A stretch of 64,000 bases of DNA from Candidatus Omnitrophota bacterium (GTDB lineage: Bacteria > Omnitrophota > Gorgyraeia > B26-G9), in the NCBI GenBank assembly GCA_043826565.1, contig JBDRPX010000038.1, forward strand, positions 70,334-134,333, given 5' to 3'. A program made the position numbers and the translations under genes. Shown here in pieces: positions 20,020 through 29,432 of this stretch (positions are counted from its first letter, which is position 1; every line of letters begins with the position of its first letter). Under the pieces are notes generated by a model. That model did no database searches and was not told the origin of the DNA. It worked only from the letters and a program-made list of their open reading frames with translations.

Positions 20020-20361
20020 ATGCCTATCAAAAAAGTAGATCTACATTTAAGCGAAAAATTAAAAGACCCTTATTTTAATGAGCTATATGAGCTTGAACAA
20101 CAAAAACTTGATATTGTAAAACGAATCATCGGTTATCGCATACAACATAAGTTAACTCAAGAACAACTAGCTAAAAAGGCTGGAGTTACACAGCAACATA
20201 TATCTAAAATAGAAAATGGAGAATTTAGTAGCATTCTTACACTTGAAAAAATTTTACTATTAATTGGTTTAACGGTGAAAATAAAGGTTGTGCCACTAGA
20301 CGTCAAGATTAAAAAAAATATTTTAAAAGTTTTTTCTAAAGATAAACTCCAAATCGCTTAA
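20020..20361 (+). CDS. HTH XRE-family antitoxin (HigA-like)
   Basis: HTH region LTQEQLAKKAGVTQQHISKIENGE. Starts 1 nt after the toxin stop. Confidence 0.75.
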   Translation: MPIKKVDLHLSEKLKDPYFNELYELEQQKLDIVKRIIGYRIQHKLTQEQLAKKAGVTQQHISKIENGEFSSILTLEKILLLIGLTVKIKVVPLDVKIKKNILKVFSKDKLQIA

Positions 20362-20875
20362 TTTAAAAGGAGTTTTTAACCCTGCACCTCATAAAACATT
20401 ATTCGATTTTCCCTTCCGCTCACAACTCTTTTTTATTTGACTAACTTATAGCAAGAGAGTATTATTTATACATCACAATGGCAGAACTTAGGCAAGTCCT
20501 AAAAATGGCTTTTAAAAGGCACCTTTAGTGCAATCTTCCGCATAACTGGTGGAGAACGAGTAGTTCTAACGATAGTATGAATAAAAAACAATGCATAACA
20601 TAGTTTAAATGAATGGCCACAAATAATTATATTCAAAATGTCAAAAATAATAATTGAAAACCGTTCAATAAACGTTTTTGGCAACGCAATTACCATGATC
20701 ATATTATCCGCAATACTAAATCATTGAATAAAATCCGTGAATATATTGTAAATAATCTTGCAACGTGGGATAATACTGAAAACAACCTGAATAATAAAAA
20801 TTATTAGACGCAATCAGAGGTTAAACCCGTTGACTTTTCCCGGCAAAAACCTTAAACTAATACTAGTATAAATTT

Positions 20876-20951
20876 GGGGTCATAGCTCAGCTGGGAGAGC
20901 GCCTCGTTCGCAACGAGGAGGCCGGGGGTTCGAGTCCCCCTGACTCCACCA
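20876..20951 (+). tRNA. tRNA-Ala(CGC)
   Basis: Manual cloverleaf: 7-bp acceptor stem with the G3:U70 Ala identity pair, anticodon loop TTCGCAA, T-loop GGGGG-TTCGAGT-CCCCC, CCA encoded. Confidence 0.85.
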
Positions 20952-20976
20952 GTTTAAAATAAGAAAAGGCGAATAT

Positions 20977-21870
20977 ATGAAAATACTAAACTATATAATT
21001 AACCTTATATTGATTATCATAATATTGTCATTTCCTTTAGAGAGTAGCGCAGAAATAAATGTCGGGGATAGCCGGGAAGAAGTTATTATGCAATTAGGCG
21101 TTCCCTCAGGTCAATTAAAGAGTGATTCTGAAGAGATCCTTACATATTCTCAGGGATTTGTTACTATTTTAAACGGTAAAGTAATAAATATGAGCGATAA
21201 TTTTAAAAGTGTAGCTTCAACGGAGCATGACGATGTTTCTATTGGCAGTACCCGGGGAGATGTTATTGCTGTATATGGTCAACCCTCCGGAGAACTTCAA
21301 AGCGGAGAAGAAGATATCCTCACTTATCCCGGGGGAATTATTACGATAAAAGATGATAAAGTTATTTATATGGATGATGATTTTAACGCCCGCTTAGATG
21401 ACCGCAAAAAAGATGATGCGTTTAAAGAGCAGCAAAAAGCCAAAGGCCTGGTTTGGTATTACGGCAGATGGGTTACTCAGCAGGAACAGAGTGAAATGGA
21501 AAGAAAACTTTCCCAGGACAAAGCGAAAAAGAATTTGGAAGCTCAGCCTATACTCATTTTTTCTTCCGGTGGACAGGCTCTAGATATTAAAGAAGTTCTT
21601 GTCCCGAATAAAATTACAATAATTGATTTTTATGCCGATTGGTGCGGGCCCTGCCGGCAAATCTCTCCATATCTTGAGCAGATCGCTCGTAATGACCCGG
21701 ATGTTTATTTAAGAAAGATTGATATTGTAAATTGGCAGACCCCGATAGTCGCGCAATACAGCATCAAAAGTGTCCCCAATATTCGTGTTTTTAACCGAAG
21801 CGGGAAAATGGTTGGTCAGCCGACATATGATTTAAATAAAATCCAGGAATGGGTCCAAAGTTCAAAATAA
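20977..21870 (+). CDS. secreted thioredoxin-domain protein with two N-terminal ~50-aa repeats
   Basis: Signal peptide. Internal repeats (VGDSREEVIMQLGVPSGQLKSDSEEILTY… and IGSTRGDVIAVYGQPSGELQSGEEDILTY…). C-terminal WCGPC thioredoxin motif. Confidence 0.7.
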   Translation: MKILNYIINLILIIIILSFPLESSAEINVGDSREEVIMQLGVPSGQLKSDSEEILTYSQGFVTILNGKVINMSDNFKSVASTEHDDVSIGSTRGDVIAVYGQPSGELQSGEEDILTYPGGIITIKDDKVIYMDDDFNARLDDRKKDDAFKEQQKAKGLVWYYGRWVTQQEQSEMERKLSQDKAKKNLEAQPILIFSSGGQALDIKEVLVPNKITIIDFYADWCGPCRQISPYLEQIARNDPDVYLRKIDIVNWQTPIVAQYSIKSVPNIRVFNRSGKMVGQPTYDLNKIQEWVQSSK

Positions 21871-21908
21871 TTTGCTTTTAATATTTTTCGCTAACTTTAG
21901 GAGGATAA

Positions 21909-22445
21909 ATGATAAGAAGAATTGCCCTGTTCATATTGGCGGTAATGTTCTGTGTCCCTTTGCTGGGATTAAACGGGTGTACAAAAAAAGAAAAAGACCC
22001 GGATAGATTCTACAGCAGTATCTATGGATTTTCCATAAAATTCCCTCAAGGATGGCAGACAACTCAGGATAAGGATACAGTTGTTAGTGCCCTAAGCCCC
22101 TTTGAGGATGATCAGGATATTCTACAGGAAGCTGTCGGCGTCATTGCTCAAAATCATTATTTGCCGATTTTACTTGATGATTGGTTTGCTTCGGTGCGGA
22201 GTGAAGCACGAGAAACTATTTTGCGATATCGTGAAATTGAAACCGGCCAGATGGTTATCGGAGATATTAATCTCAAATGGATAAAACGCAGCTATTTTGA
22301 CGATATTGGTGAGATTGTGGATAAATCCTATTGTTTTGTTAAAGGAAATCGAGGCTATATTATTTCCTGCAATTCCCAGCCTGATAAATTCAGTAAATAT
22401 GAAAAACTATTTGAAGAATCTGTAAAAACATTCCGATTTGAGTGA
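21909..22445 (+). CDS. putative lipoprotein (PsbP-like fold?)
   Basis: Signal peptide with LNGC lipobox-like cysteine. AGGAGG RBS. Confidence 0.5.
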   Translation: MIRRIALFILAVMFCVPLLGLNGCTKKEKDPDRFYSSIYGFSIKFPQGWQTTQDKDTVVSALSPFEDDQDILQEAVGVIAQNHYLPILLDDWFASVRSEARETILRYREIETGQMVIGDINLKWIKRSYFDDIGEIVDKSYCFVKGNRGYIISCNSQPDKFSKYEKLFEESVKTFRFE

Positions 22446-22451
22446 TTTGAA

Positions 22452-22661
22452 ATGATTCCGCTTATTATACTACTATTTGCTATTCTTGTAATCGTGCTTA
22501 AAAATGCCGGATTAATTCACAACCCCATAGTTGTCTTCGTAATCGCTTCAGTAATTATTATCTGCTCAGCATTTCTTCTAAAAGATAATTTGACTATTTC
22601 TTCGGATACTGATAAATCCATTAAATCGGAGGCGTGTTCATGCAAGAGCTCGAATCATTAA
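22452..22661 (+). CDS. small hydrophobic protein
   Basis: 69 aa with two predicted TM helices. Overlaps the next gene's start. Weak call. Confidence 0.3.
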   Translation: MIPLIILLFAILVIVLKNAGLIHNPIVVFVIASVIIICSAFLLKDNLTISSDTDKSIKSEACSCKSSNH

Positions 22662-23242
22662 ATATGTTGATGGTTTCTCAAAAAAAAGAATGGGGTGAGA
22701 TTCTCAGCGGTTTTGAAACAAAAAATAAATATGTTATTAAGGATCAAAACGGTAGCAATATTTATTGTGCCGGTGAAGTCGGCGGGAATTGGTTTTTACG
22801 TGTTTTTCTGAAAGCGTTTCGACCATTCACATTGGATGTAAGAGGATTTGATAATCGGCCGATTATTCGTTTAATTAGGCCTTTTCGATTTTATTATCAT
22901 AAAGCAGACATTTTTAAGTCGGATGGCGGCCTGCTGGGGACAATAAAAAAAAACTTTTCTTTTTTGGCAAGAAAATACTCTATATTCAATGATTCGCAGG
23001 AAGAGATCTATCAGCTTTTTGGCCCGATATTCCATCCTTGGACTTTTATAATTAAGCAGAATGGGAGGGAAGTCGGAAAAATTGCAAAAAAATGGAGCGG
23101 GCTTTTCAAAGAGGGCTTTACGGATGCGGATAATTTCGCGGTTGTGTTTCCTGCCGAAGCAGATCTAACAGATAAAGGACTGCTTTTAGGAGCAGTGTTT
23201 TTAATTGATTTTGTCCATTTTGAAAATACCGGTAATAGTTAA
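22640..23242 (+). CDS. scramblase/LURP-one-related (tubby-like, DUF567) family protein
   Basis: Family resemblance (…KNKYVIKDQNG…RPFTLDVRG…YSIFNDSQEEIYQL…). GGAGG RBS before the ATG at 22640. Confidence 0.5.
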   Translation: MQELESLNMLMVSQKKEWGEILSGFETKNKYVIKDQNGSNIYCAGEVGGNWFLRVFLKAFRPFTLDVRGFDNRPIIRLIRPFRFYYHKADIFKSDGGLLGTIKKNFSFLARKYSIFNDSQEEIYQLFGPIFHPWTFIIKQNGREVGKIAKKWSGLFKEGFTDADNFAVVFPAEADLTDKGLLLGAVFLIDFVHFENTGNS

Positions 23243-23268
23243 TTTAGTAAAAAAGGAGAAATACAATA

Positions 23269-23772
23269 ATGAGAATACTAGATCCAAAATTCAACCAGAA
23301 CAAAGCTAGCTATTTTTTGCAAAGTTTGCTGGCAACATTAGCGATCTTTGTCGTTCTGATATTGCTTGATGCCCGAACAAACTCAGCAGTTATCGCTGCT
23401 TTGGGGGCAAGTTCGTTTATTGCTTTTACCATGCCGCACGCTGAGCTTTCCCAGCCAAAATTTTTGATTGGAAGCTACCTGTTGGGGATTATATCTGCCG
23501 GTATTTGTTATTATTTGTCGATACTGCCGTTTATTAAGCAAATCCCTTTTGTTTCTGACTTTTCCTGTATTATTTTTGGCTCTATTGCTGTCGGTCTGGT
23601 AATATTTTTAATGGTCATTACCAATACTGAACATCCTCCGGCAGCCAGCTTGGCTTTAGGACTTGTTTTTAATTTATTTAATCTTAAGTCAGTATTCATT
23701 GTTTTTAGCGGCATTGTGTGTCTTTCGATTATTAAAGCCATATTAAAACCGGTTCTGAAGGATTTGATATAG
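23269..23772 (+). CDS. HPP-family integral membrane protein
   Basis: Four-TM HPP-like profile (…AALGASSFIAFTMPHAELSQP…). Confidence 0.5.
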   Translation: MRILDPKFNQNKASYFLQSLLATLAIFVVLILLDARTNSAVIAALGASSFIAFTMPHAELSQPKFLIGSYLLGIISAGICYYLSILPFIKQIPFVSDFSCIIFGSIAVGLVIFLMVITNTEHPPAASLALGLVFNLFNLKSVFIVFSGIVCLSIIKAILKPVLKDLI

Positions 23773-23776
23773 AGTC

Positions 23777-24898
23777 ATGCAAAGGGAATCATTTAAAAAA
23801 ATCAATAGAAGAGATTTTTTAAAACTATGCCTGGGAACAACCGGGTACTTGGTTGCTGAAGATGTCCCGGAATTATTTGCGTATGATGCTCCTGTAGAAG
23901 CATTACACTATATAAAAGATCCTAAAAATACAATTAAATGTGTGCTTTGTCCTCATCAGTGTATTATCAGCAGCGGGGAAAGAGGCTTCTGCCGGGCCAG
24001 GGAAAATAAAAACGGAAAATTATACAGTATTGTTTACGGAAAACTTTGTGCGGTGCATAGCGACCCCATAGAAAAAAAACCGCTTTTTCATGTTTATCCC
24101 GGCTCGAACTCTTTTTCTTTAGCTAGTGTAGGCTGTAACCTGCGCTGTAAATTTTGTCAGAATTGGCAAATTTCCCAAGCAAAGCCAGCGGATGTTCAAG
24201 CCGTAAAACTTACTTCCGATGTTTTAGTCGCCAAAGCCGTTCAGTCCGGCTGTAAAACAATTGCGTATACCTATACTGAGCCGACAGTATATTATGAATA
24301 TATGCTTGATGTGGCGAAAATAGCGAAAAAAAATAATATCGCCAGTGTATTACATTCAAATGGATTTATAAATCCCGATCCTTTACAGGAGTTATTACCG
24401 TATGTAACAGCGATGAATGTCGATCTTAAAGGATTTACGAATGAATATTATGCTGAAATTTGTTCGGGGAATCTGCCAAGTGTCTTAAATAGTCTGAAGA
24501 TTATTAAGCAGATGGATGTTTGGCTTGAATTAACAAACCTGGTCATACCTACTTTAAATGACCAAAGTGATAATATAAAAAGAATGAGCGCCTGGATATT
24601 AAAGGAATTAGGGGATGATGTTCCGGTTCATTTTTCCCGCTTTTTCCCTATGTATAAATTAGCCAAGCTGCCGCCAACAACACTTAGTACACTAGAACAG
24701 GCAAGAAATACCGCGATGAGTGAAGGACTTAAATTTGTGTATATAGGTAATGTTCCCGGACACTCGGCAGAAAATACTTATTGCCCAAATTGCAATAATA
24801 TGATTATTAAGAGAGTAGGGTATTCGGTTGTGGAAAATAACTTGATCAATAATATGTGTTCCGGTTGCAAAACGAAGATATCCGGGGTATGGTCATGA
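23777..24898 (+). CDS. amrS: AmmeMemoRadiSam system radical SAM enzyme (AmrS) with predicted Tat signal
   Basis: Radical SAM motif CNLRCKFCQNW typical of AmrS. N-terminal NRRDFLKLCLGTTGYLVA twin-arginine motif. Confidence 0.75.
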   Translation: MQRESFKKINRRDFLKLCLGTTGYLVAEDVPELFAYDAPVEALHYIKDPKNTIKCVLCPHQCIISSGERGFCRARENKNGKLYSIVYGKLCAVHSDPIEKKPLFHVYPGSNSFSLASVGCNLRCKFCQNWQISQAKPADVQAVKLTSDVLVAKAVQSGCKTIAYTYTEPTVYYEYMLDVAKIAKKNNIASVLHSNGFINPDPLQELLPYVTAMNVDLKGFTNEYYAEICSGNLPSVLNSLKIIKQMDVWLELTNLVIPTLNDQSDNIKRMSAWILKELGDDVPVHFSRFFPMYKLAKLPPTTLSTLEQARNTAMSEGLKFVYIGNVPGHSAENTYCPNCNNMIIKRVGYSVVENNLINNMCSGCKTKISGVWS

Positions 24899-26391
24899 AA
24901 ACCAATAGATTAATAATTTTGTTCTTCTTAAGTGGGATATTTTTAATTATTTGTTTTTCCCCGTGGGGCTGGACTGCGCAAACCGGAAATATTAAAAAAC
25001 CTGATTTTGCGGAATTGTTCTATCCTGCCGACCCGCAAAGATTAGAAAATGCAATTGAAAGTTATATTAGTAAAGCATACTTAGCTGAAGTTCCGCACGA
25101 TATCCGGGGACTTATCAGTCCGCATGCCGGATATGTCTATTCCGGGCCGGTTGCTGCCTATGGATACAAATCTTTACTTGGGAAAAAATACAAAACGGTT
25201 ATTATCCTTGCGCCCTCACACAATAAATTCCTTGAGCATATTGCGGTCTACGCAAATGGTGCTTTTGAGACACCTTTAGGAAAAGTAAAAATAGATACTG
25301 AATTTACCCGTGCCTTAATGGCGGATAATCGTGATGTTCAACACATCCCGGATGTTTTTAATAATGAACATTCCCTGGAAGTTCAAATACCGTTCTTACA
25401 AAAAGTACTTATTGATTTCAAAATCGTACCGATTATAATCAGCAGTCATTCTCTATCTATGTGTGATAGTTTAGCGAAAAGCCTTGTAAAAACAATGGGC
25501 GAAAGGAATGATGTGCTGATCCTTGCCAGTTCCGACATGTCTCATTTTCACAATCAGGAAATAGCCGCGCAAATTGATCAGGAAACAATATCTCTGATTG
25601 AAGATTTTAATGTTTCTAAGCTTTTCCAGCAGATTCAAGCACGCAAATCAGAGCTTTGCGGAGGGGATCCGGTTATTGCTCTTTTGCTGGCGATGAAAAG
25701 TCTTAATGCTACTGATGTTCAATTGTTGAAGTACGCAACATCATATAATACTACTGGTAGTAACGATAAAAGGGTTGTCGGTTACAGCAGTATCATTTTT
25801 TCCTTAAGTGCTAATCTTTCCGGAAGAGAAGGGAGTTCTCATATGTTAACTCAAGAGCAAAGAACTAAGCTGTTAAAAATCGCCAAAGATTCAATCCGGG
25901 AGTATGTTTTGACTCATAAACGAATTATAATTGAAGAAAATGATCCGGCATTATTGCAAAAACAAGGTGCTTTTGTAACAATTAAAAAGAATGGGCAATT
26001 AAGAGGATGTATCGGGCGTATTGTTGCCGATACTTCATTGGCCAATACTGTTAGTGAGATGGCTATTCAAGCGGCTACCAGTGATCCCCGTTTTGCGGCT
26101 TTGGATAAAAATGAATTAGATTTAATTACTTTGGAGATATCAGCAATGTCGCCGATAAAACAAATTGATACTATTGAAGAGATAGTCGTTGGTAAGCATG
26201 GGCTGATTATCCAAAAAGGTTTTTCTTCGGGACTATTATTGCCCCAGGTAGCTACGGAATACAATTGGACACGTGAGGAGTTTTTACAGCAAACCTGCCG
26301 TAAGGCCGGGCTGAGAGCTGAGGATTGGAAAAATAATGCACAAATATATATATTTAGCGCAGAGGTTTTTAAAGAGAAGGAGTTAAAATGA
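24895..26391 (+). CDS. amrBA: fused AmmeMemoRadiSam protein B (Memo-like) + protein A (AMMECR1) with Sec-type signal peptide
   Basis: N-terminal hydrophobic signal. Memo-like half (ISPHAGYVYSG…ILAPSHN…). AMMECR1 half (GAFVTIKKNGQLRGCIG…). ATGA overlap with amrS. Confidence 0.75.
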   Translation: MKTNRLIILFFLSGIFLIICFSPWGWTAQTGNIKKPDFAELFYPADPQRLENAIESYISKAYLAEVPHDIRGLISPHAGYVYSGPVAAYGYKSLLGKKYKTVIILAPSHNKFLEHIAVYANGAFETPLGKVKIDTEFTRALMADNRDVQHIPDVFNNEHSLEVQIPFLQKVLIDFKIVPIIISSHSLSMCDSLAKSLVKTMGERNDVLILASSDMSHFHNQEIAAQIDQETISLIEDFNVSKLFQQIQARKSELCGGDPVIALLLAMKSLNATDVQLLKYATSYNTTGSNDKRVVGYSSIIFSLSANLSGREGSSHMLTQEQRTKLLKIAKDSIREYVLTHKRIIIEENDPALLQKQGAFVTIKKNGQLRGCIGRIVADTSLANTVSEMAIQAATSDPRFAALDKNELDLITLEISAMSPIKQIDTIEEIVVGKHGLIIQKGFSSGLLLPQVATEYNWTREEFLQQTCRKAGLRAEDWKNNAQIYIFSAEVFKEKELK

Positions 26392-26777
26392 ATCATAAGA
26401 TCTTAGTTGTTGATGATGAAAAAGAAATGGTAGAAGTTCTGAGCACCACTCTTAAACGGGCTGGTTATGATGTGGACACGGCAAATAATGGGAGAGAGGC
26501 TCTGGGAGCGTATTTAGAATCTCTGCATCGAGAACCTTTTTCATTAATGACTCTGGATATAAAGATGACGGGGATAGATGGCTTGGAAGTGCTGGAAATC
26601 ATCAGAAAAGAGGAGGAATTAAGAGGGATCCCCCTCGGTAAAGGTATTCCGATCATTATGAGTACTGCGTTTGCTACTCCTTGGCCGGAAGCATTTAAAA
26701 AAGGCTGCGACGACTATATCTTAAAGCCTTACAAAATGGAAGACCTTTTAGGCAAGATAGAAGATAAGATCAAATAG
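26388..26777 (+). CDS. single-domain response regulator (CheY-like REC)
   Basis: ILVVDDEKE … LDIKMTGIDG…; 129 aa with no output domain. ATGA overlap with amrBA. Confidence 0.75.
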   Translation: MNHKILVVDDEKEMVEVLSTTLKRAGYDVDTANNGREALGAYLESLHREPFSLMTLDIKMTGIDGLEVLEIIRKEEELRGIPLGKGIPIIMSTAFATPWPEAFKKGCDDYILKPYKMEDLLGKIEDKIK

Positions 26778-26884
26778 GCACTTATGCGGCCATGCTCTAT
26801 TTTCTTGTTTTTTAACGTGTATATATGTTATTATAATTAAAAATTTAGTTTTGATTGAATAATAATTCGGTTGAGGAGGTAGGT

Positions 26885-27325
26885 ATGCCAAAAATACTAG
26901 TTATCCACGGGCCTAATTTAAATTTGCTGGGGGAAAGAGAGCCGGAAATATACGGAGTAGTTACCTTGGAAAGTATTAATAAAAAGGTAGTTGAATGGGG
27001 AAATACACATAATATAGAAGTTGATACTTTTCAATCTAATCATGAAGGTGAAATCGTTGATATTATCGGTAAATCAAAGAGGGATTATACCGCAATTGTA
27101 ATTAATCCGGCAGCGTATACCCATACCAGTGTAGCGATTCGGGATGCAATTAGTGCGGTGGGTATTCCGACTGTAGAAGTACATCTTTCCAATATTCATG
27201 CGAGAGAAGATTTTCGCCATACCTCAGTTATTGCTTCAGTAAGCTGTGGCCAAATATGCGGGTTTGGAGAAGACAGCTATATGCTCGGGCTTGAAGCTGT
27301 ACTCAGCGTGATAAAAAAATCTTAA
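26885..27325 (+). CDS. aroQ: type II 3-dehydroquinate dehydratase
   Basis: ILVIHGPNLNLLG…INPAAYTHTS…HLSNIHARE signature. GAGGAGG RBS. Confidence 0.88.
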   Translation: MPKILVIHGPNLNLLGEREPEIYGVVTLESINKKVVEWGNTHNIEVDTFQSNHEGEIVDIIGKSKRDYTAIVINPAAYTHTSVAIRDAISAVGIPTVEVHLSNIHAREDFRHTSVIASVSCGQICGFGEDSYMLGLEAVLSVIKKS

Positions 27326-27330
27326 TTAAA

Positions 27331-28371
27331 ATGGAAAATCAGCGAATTTTAAAAGTGAGAGGTTTTTTAAGACGTCACGGGTTTGATGCTTTTTTAATTA
27401 CTTCCTTGGCAAATATTAGGTATCTAAGCGGGTTTACCGGAGGTGACTGTTATATATTATTAACAAAAACAGAAAATATTTTTATTGGTGACTTCCGCTA
27501 TACACTCCAGGCGGAAAAAGAGCTTGATAAATCTTTTCGGATTGAAATGATAAAAAATGGATTGTCTTCGCTCCTTAAGGAATTTATTTCGGGAAAAAAA
27601 CTTCATTCTCTGTGTTTTGAAGATAAACATATAACTGTATCTTTTTTTAACAGGATAAAAAAAAGCCTGCCAAAAATTCACCTTATTCCGACTAGTAATG
27701 TGATTGAGAAGCAGCGTATAATTAAGACAGATAAAGAGATTGCCCTAATTTCTAAAGCAGTCGATATTACCAAACAGGCTTTAAACAAATTAAAACCATT
27801 TATTAAGCCGGGAATAACTGAAATATGGATTAAAAATAAACTGGATTATTTATTGAAAAGCTTTGGCGGACAGCAGCCCTCTTTTGATATTATTGTTGCG
27901 TCAGGGCCTAACGGAGCAATGCCGCATGCTGGGACAACGACACGCCAAATTCAAAAGAACGAACCGATTATTGTGGATGTCGGAACTGTTTTTGAAGGTT
28001 ATAAATCCGACTTGACAAGGACATTTTTTTCAGGTAAAATGACGCAATATGCTCATTACTATAAACTTATTGCTGCAGCGCAAAAAAAGGCAATAAGTTT
28101 AATCCGACCCTCGGTGAAAATTCGAGACATCGACCTGGCTGCTCGTAATTATTTAAAAAGAAACAAGGTAGATAAGTATTTCGGGCATGCTTTAGGCCAT
28201 GGTGTTGGGTTGGAAGTACATGAGGAACCAAGAATATACTGGAAAAACAGTCAGCGGTTAAAACCCGGCATGGTTTTTACAGTGGAGCCGGGTATATATA
28301 TCCCTGAATGGGGCGGCATTAGAATTGAAGATATGGTTTTAGTGACTAAGAAAGGGTGTAAGGTTTTATAG
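27331..28371 (+). CDS. pepP: Xaa-Pro aminopeptidase (M24 family)
   Basis: M24 metal ligand motifs (HGxGHGVGLEVHE, EPGIY). Confidence 0.8.
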   Translation: MENQRILKVRGFLRRHGFDAFLITSLANIRYLSGFTGGDCYILLTKTENIFIGDFRYTLQAEKELDKSFRIEMIKNGLSSLLKEFISGKKLHSLCFEDKHITVSFFNRIKKSLPKIHLIPTSNVIEKQRIIKTDKEIALISKAVDITKQALNKLKPFIKPGITEIWIKNKLDYLLKSFGGQQPSFDIIVASGPNGAMPHAGTTTRQIQKNEPIIVDVGTVFEGYKSDLTRTFFSGKMTQYAHYYKLIAAAQKKAISLIRPSVKIRDIDLAARNYLKRNKVDKYFGHALGHGVGLEVHEEPRIYWKNSQRLKPGMVFTVEPGIYIPEWGGIRIEDMVLVTKKGCKVL

Positions 28372-28373
28372 CG

Positions 28374-28931
28374 ATGATAACAACAAGTCAGTTTAAAAGC
28401 GGATTAACCCTGGAAATTGAAGGTGATCTGTATTCTGTTATTGAATATCAACATGTTAAGCCTGGAAAAGGCGGTGCTTTTGTACGTACAAAAATGAGAA
28501 ACATGCGGACAAAAAAGGTGTTGGAAAGAACGTATCGACCAGACGAAAAATTCCAGGAAGCATTTATTGAAGAAAAAACAATGCAATATATGTACCGGGC
28601 AGGAGATTCTTTCCATTTTATGGATCAGGAGACTTTTGAAGAAGTCGTCATTGATAAAGAAAGAATAAGTGATATTGAGGGGTTTTTAAAAGAAACAATG
28701 GATATCACGATTATTAGTTATAAAAATGAATACATTGAAGTTAATCTCCCCATGTTTATTGAACTGAAGATTGCTCATACTGAGCCAGGAATAAAAGGGG
28801 ATACGGCAAAATCTTCTTTTAAGCCGGCTACACTTGAAACCGGAGCAACGATACAAGTGCCGCTTTTTATTGATCAAAATGATGTGATTAAGATTGACAC
28901 TCGTAGCGGAGCTTATGTGGAGCGCGTTTAA
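28374..28931 (+). CDS. efp: elongation factor P
   Basis: 185 aa with the KPGKG loop (VKPGKGGAFVRTKMRN). Confidence 0.9.
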   Translation: MITTSQFKSGLTLEIEGDLYSVIEYQHVKPGKGGAFVRTKMRNMRTKKVLERTYRPDEKFQEAFIEEKTMQYMYRAGDSFHFMDQETFEEVVIDKERISDIEGFLKETMDITIISYKNEYIEVNLPMFIELKIAHTEPGIKGDTAKSSFKPATLETGATIQVPLFIDQNDVIKIDTRSGAYVERV

Positions 28932-28961
28932 AGTAGGCAATATTAGAATAAGGAGTCCCTT

Positions 28962-29426
28962 ATGAATGCAAAAGAAATCAAAGAAATGATTAAGTTAATG
29001 GAGGATAATAATCTGACTGAGTTCGAGTTAGAAAGGGAAGGTTTTAAAATCCGTCTTAGTCGGGCAGGGATGGCAGTAAATTCCCCGCAAAACTTTATTG
29101 TCGAGAGAGTAAATTCTTCGCAGGAACATGCCGGCGGATATAATATCCCCCAATCGGCTCCGGCTGTACCGGAAGTCAATGCTAATTACCAGGAAATAAA
29201 AGCTCCGATGGTGGGAACATTTTATCGTTCACCTTCTCCGGAAGCAGCGTCTTTTGTGGAAGTGGGGGCAGAAGTTGAAATTGGACAAGTGGTGTGTATT
29301 ATTGAGGCAATGAAATTAATGAATGAAATTAAGTCTGAGATTAAAGGTAAGATAAAAGAAATTCTAATTGAAAATGGAGATCCGATTGAATTTGGTCAAA
29401 TTTTATTTAGAATAGAGAGCAAATAG
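28962..29426 (+). CDS. accB: biotin carboxyl carrier protein
   Basis: Biotinyl-lysine motif EAMKLMNEI. Confidence 0.88.
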   Translation: MNAKEIKEMIKLMEDNNLTEFELEREGFKIRLSRAGMAVNSPQNFIVERVNSSQEHAGGYNIPQSAPAVPEVNANYQEIKAPMVGTFYRSPSPEAASFVEVGAEVEIGQVVCIIEAMKLMNEIKSEIKGKIKEILIENGDPIEFGQILFRIESK

Positions 29427-29432
29427 AAAAAT

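Noticed and set aside
20499-20702. 67-aa minus-strand ORF in the tRNA-Ala upstream gap
   Set aside because: No RBS and hydrophobic low-complexity sequence. Kept only as part of the non-coding-region finding.
20830-20872. Possible tRNA-Ala promoter (TTGACT … TATAAA)
   Set aside because: The spacing between the candidate -35 and -10 is about 31 nt, incompatible with a sigma70 promoter.
26778-26884. Possible terminator after the receiver gene (GGCACTTATGCGGCCATGC … T-run)
   Set aside because: The stem is weak and imperfect. Not reported as a feature.
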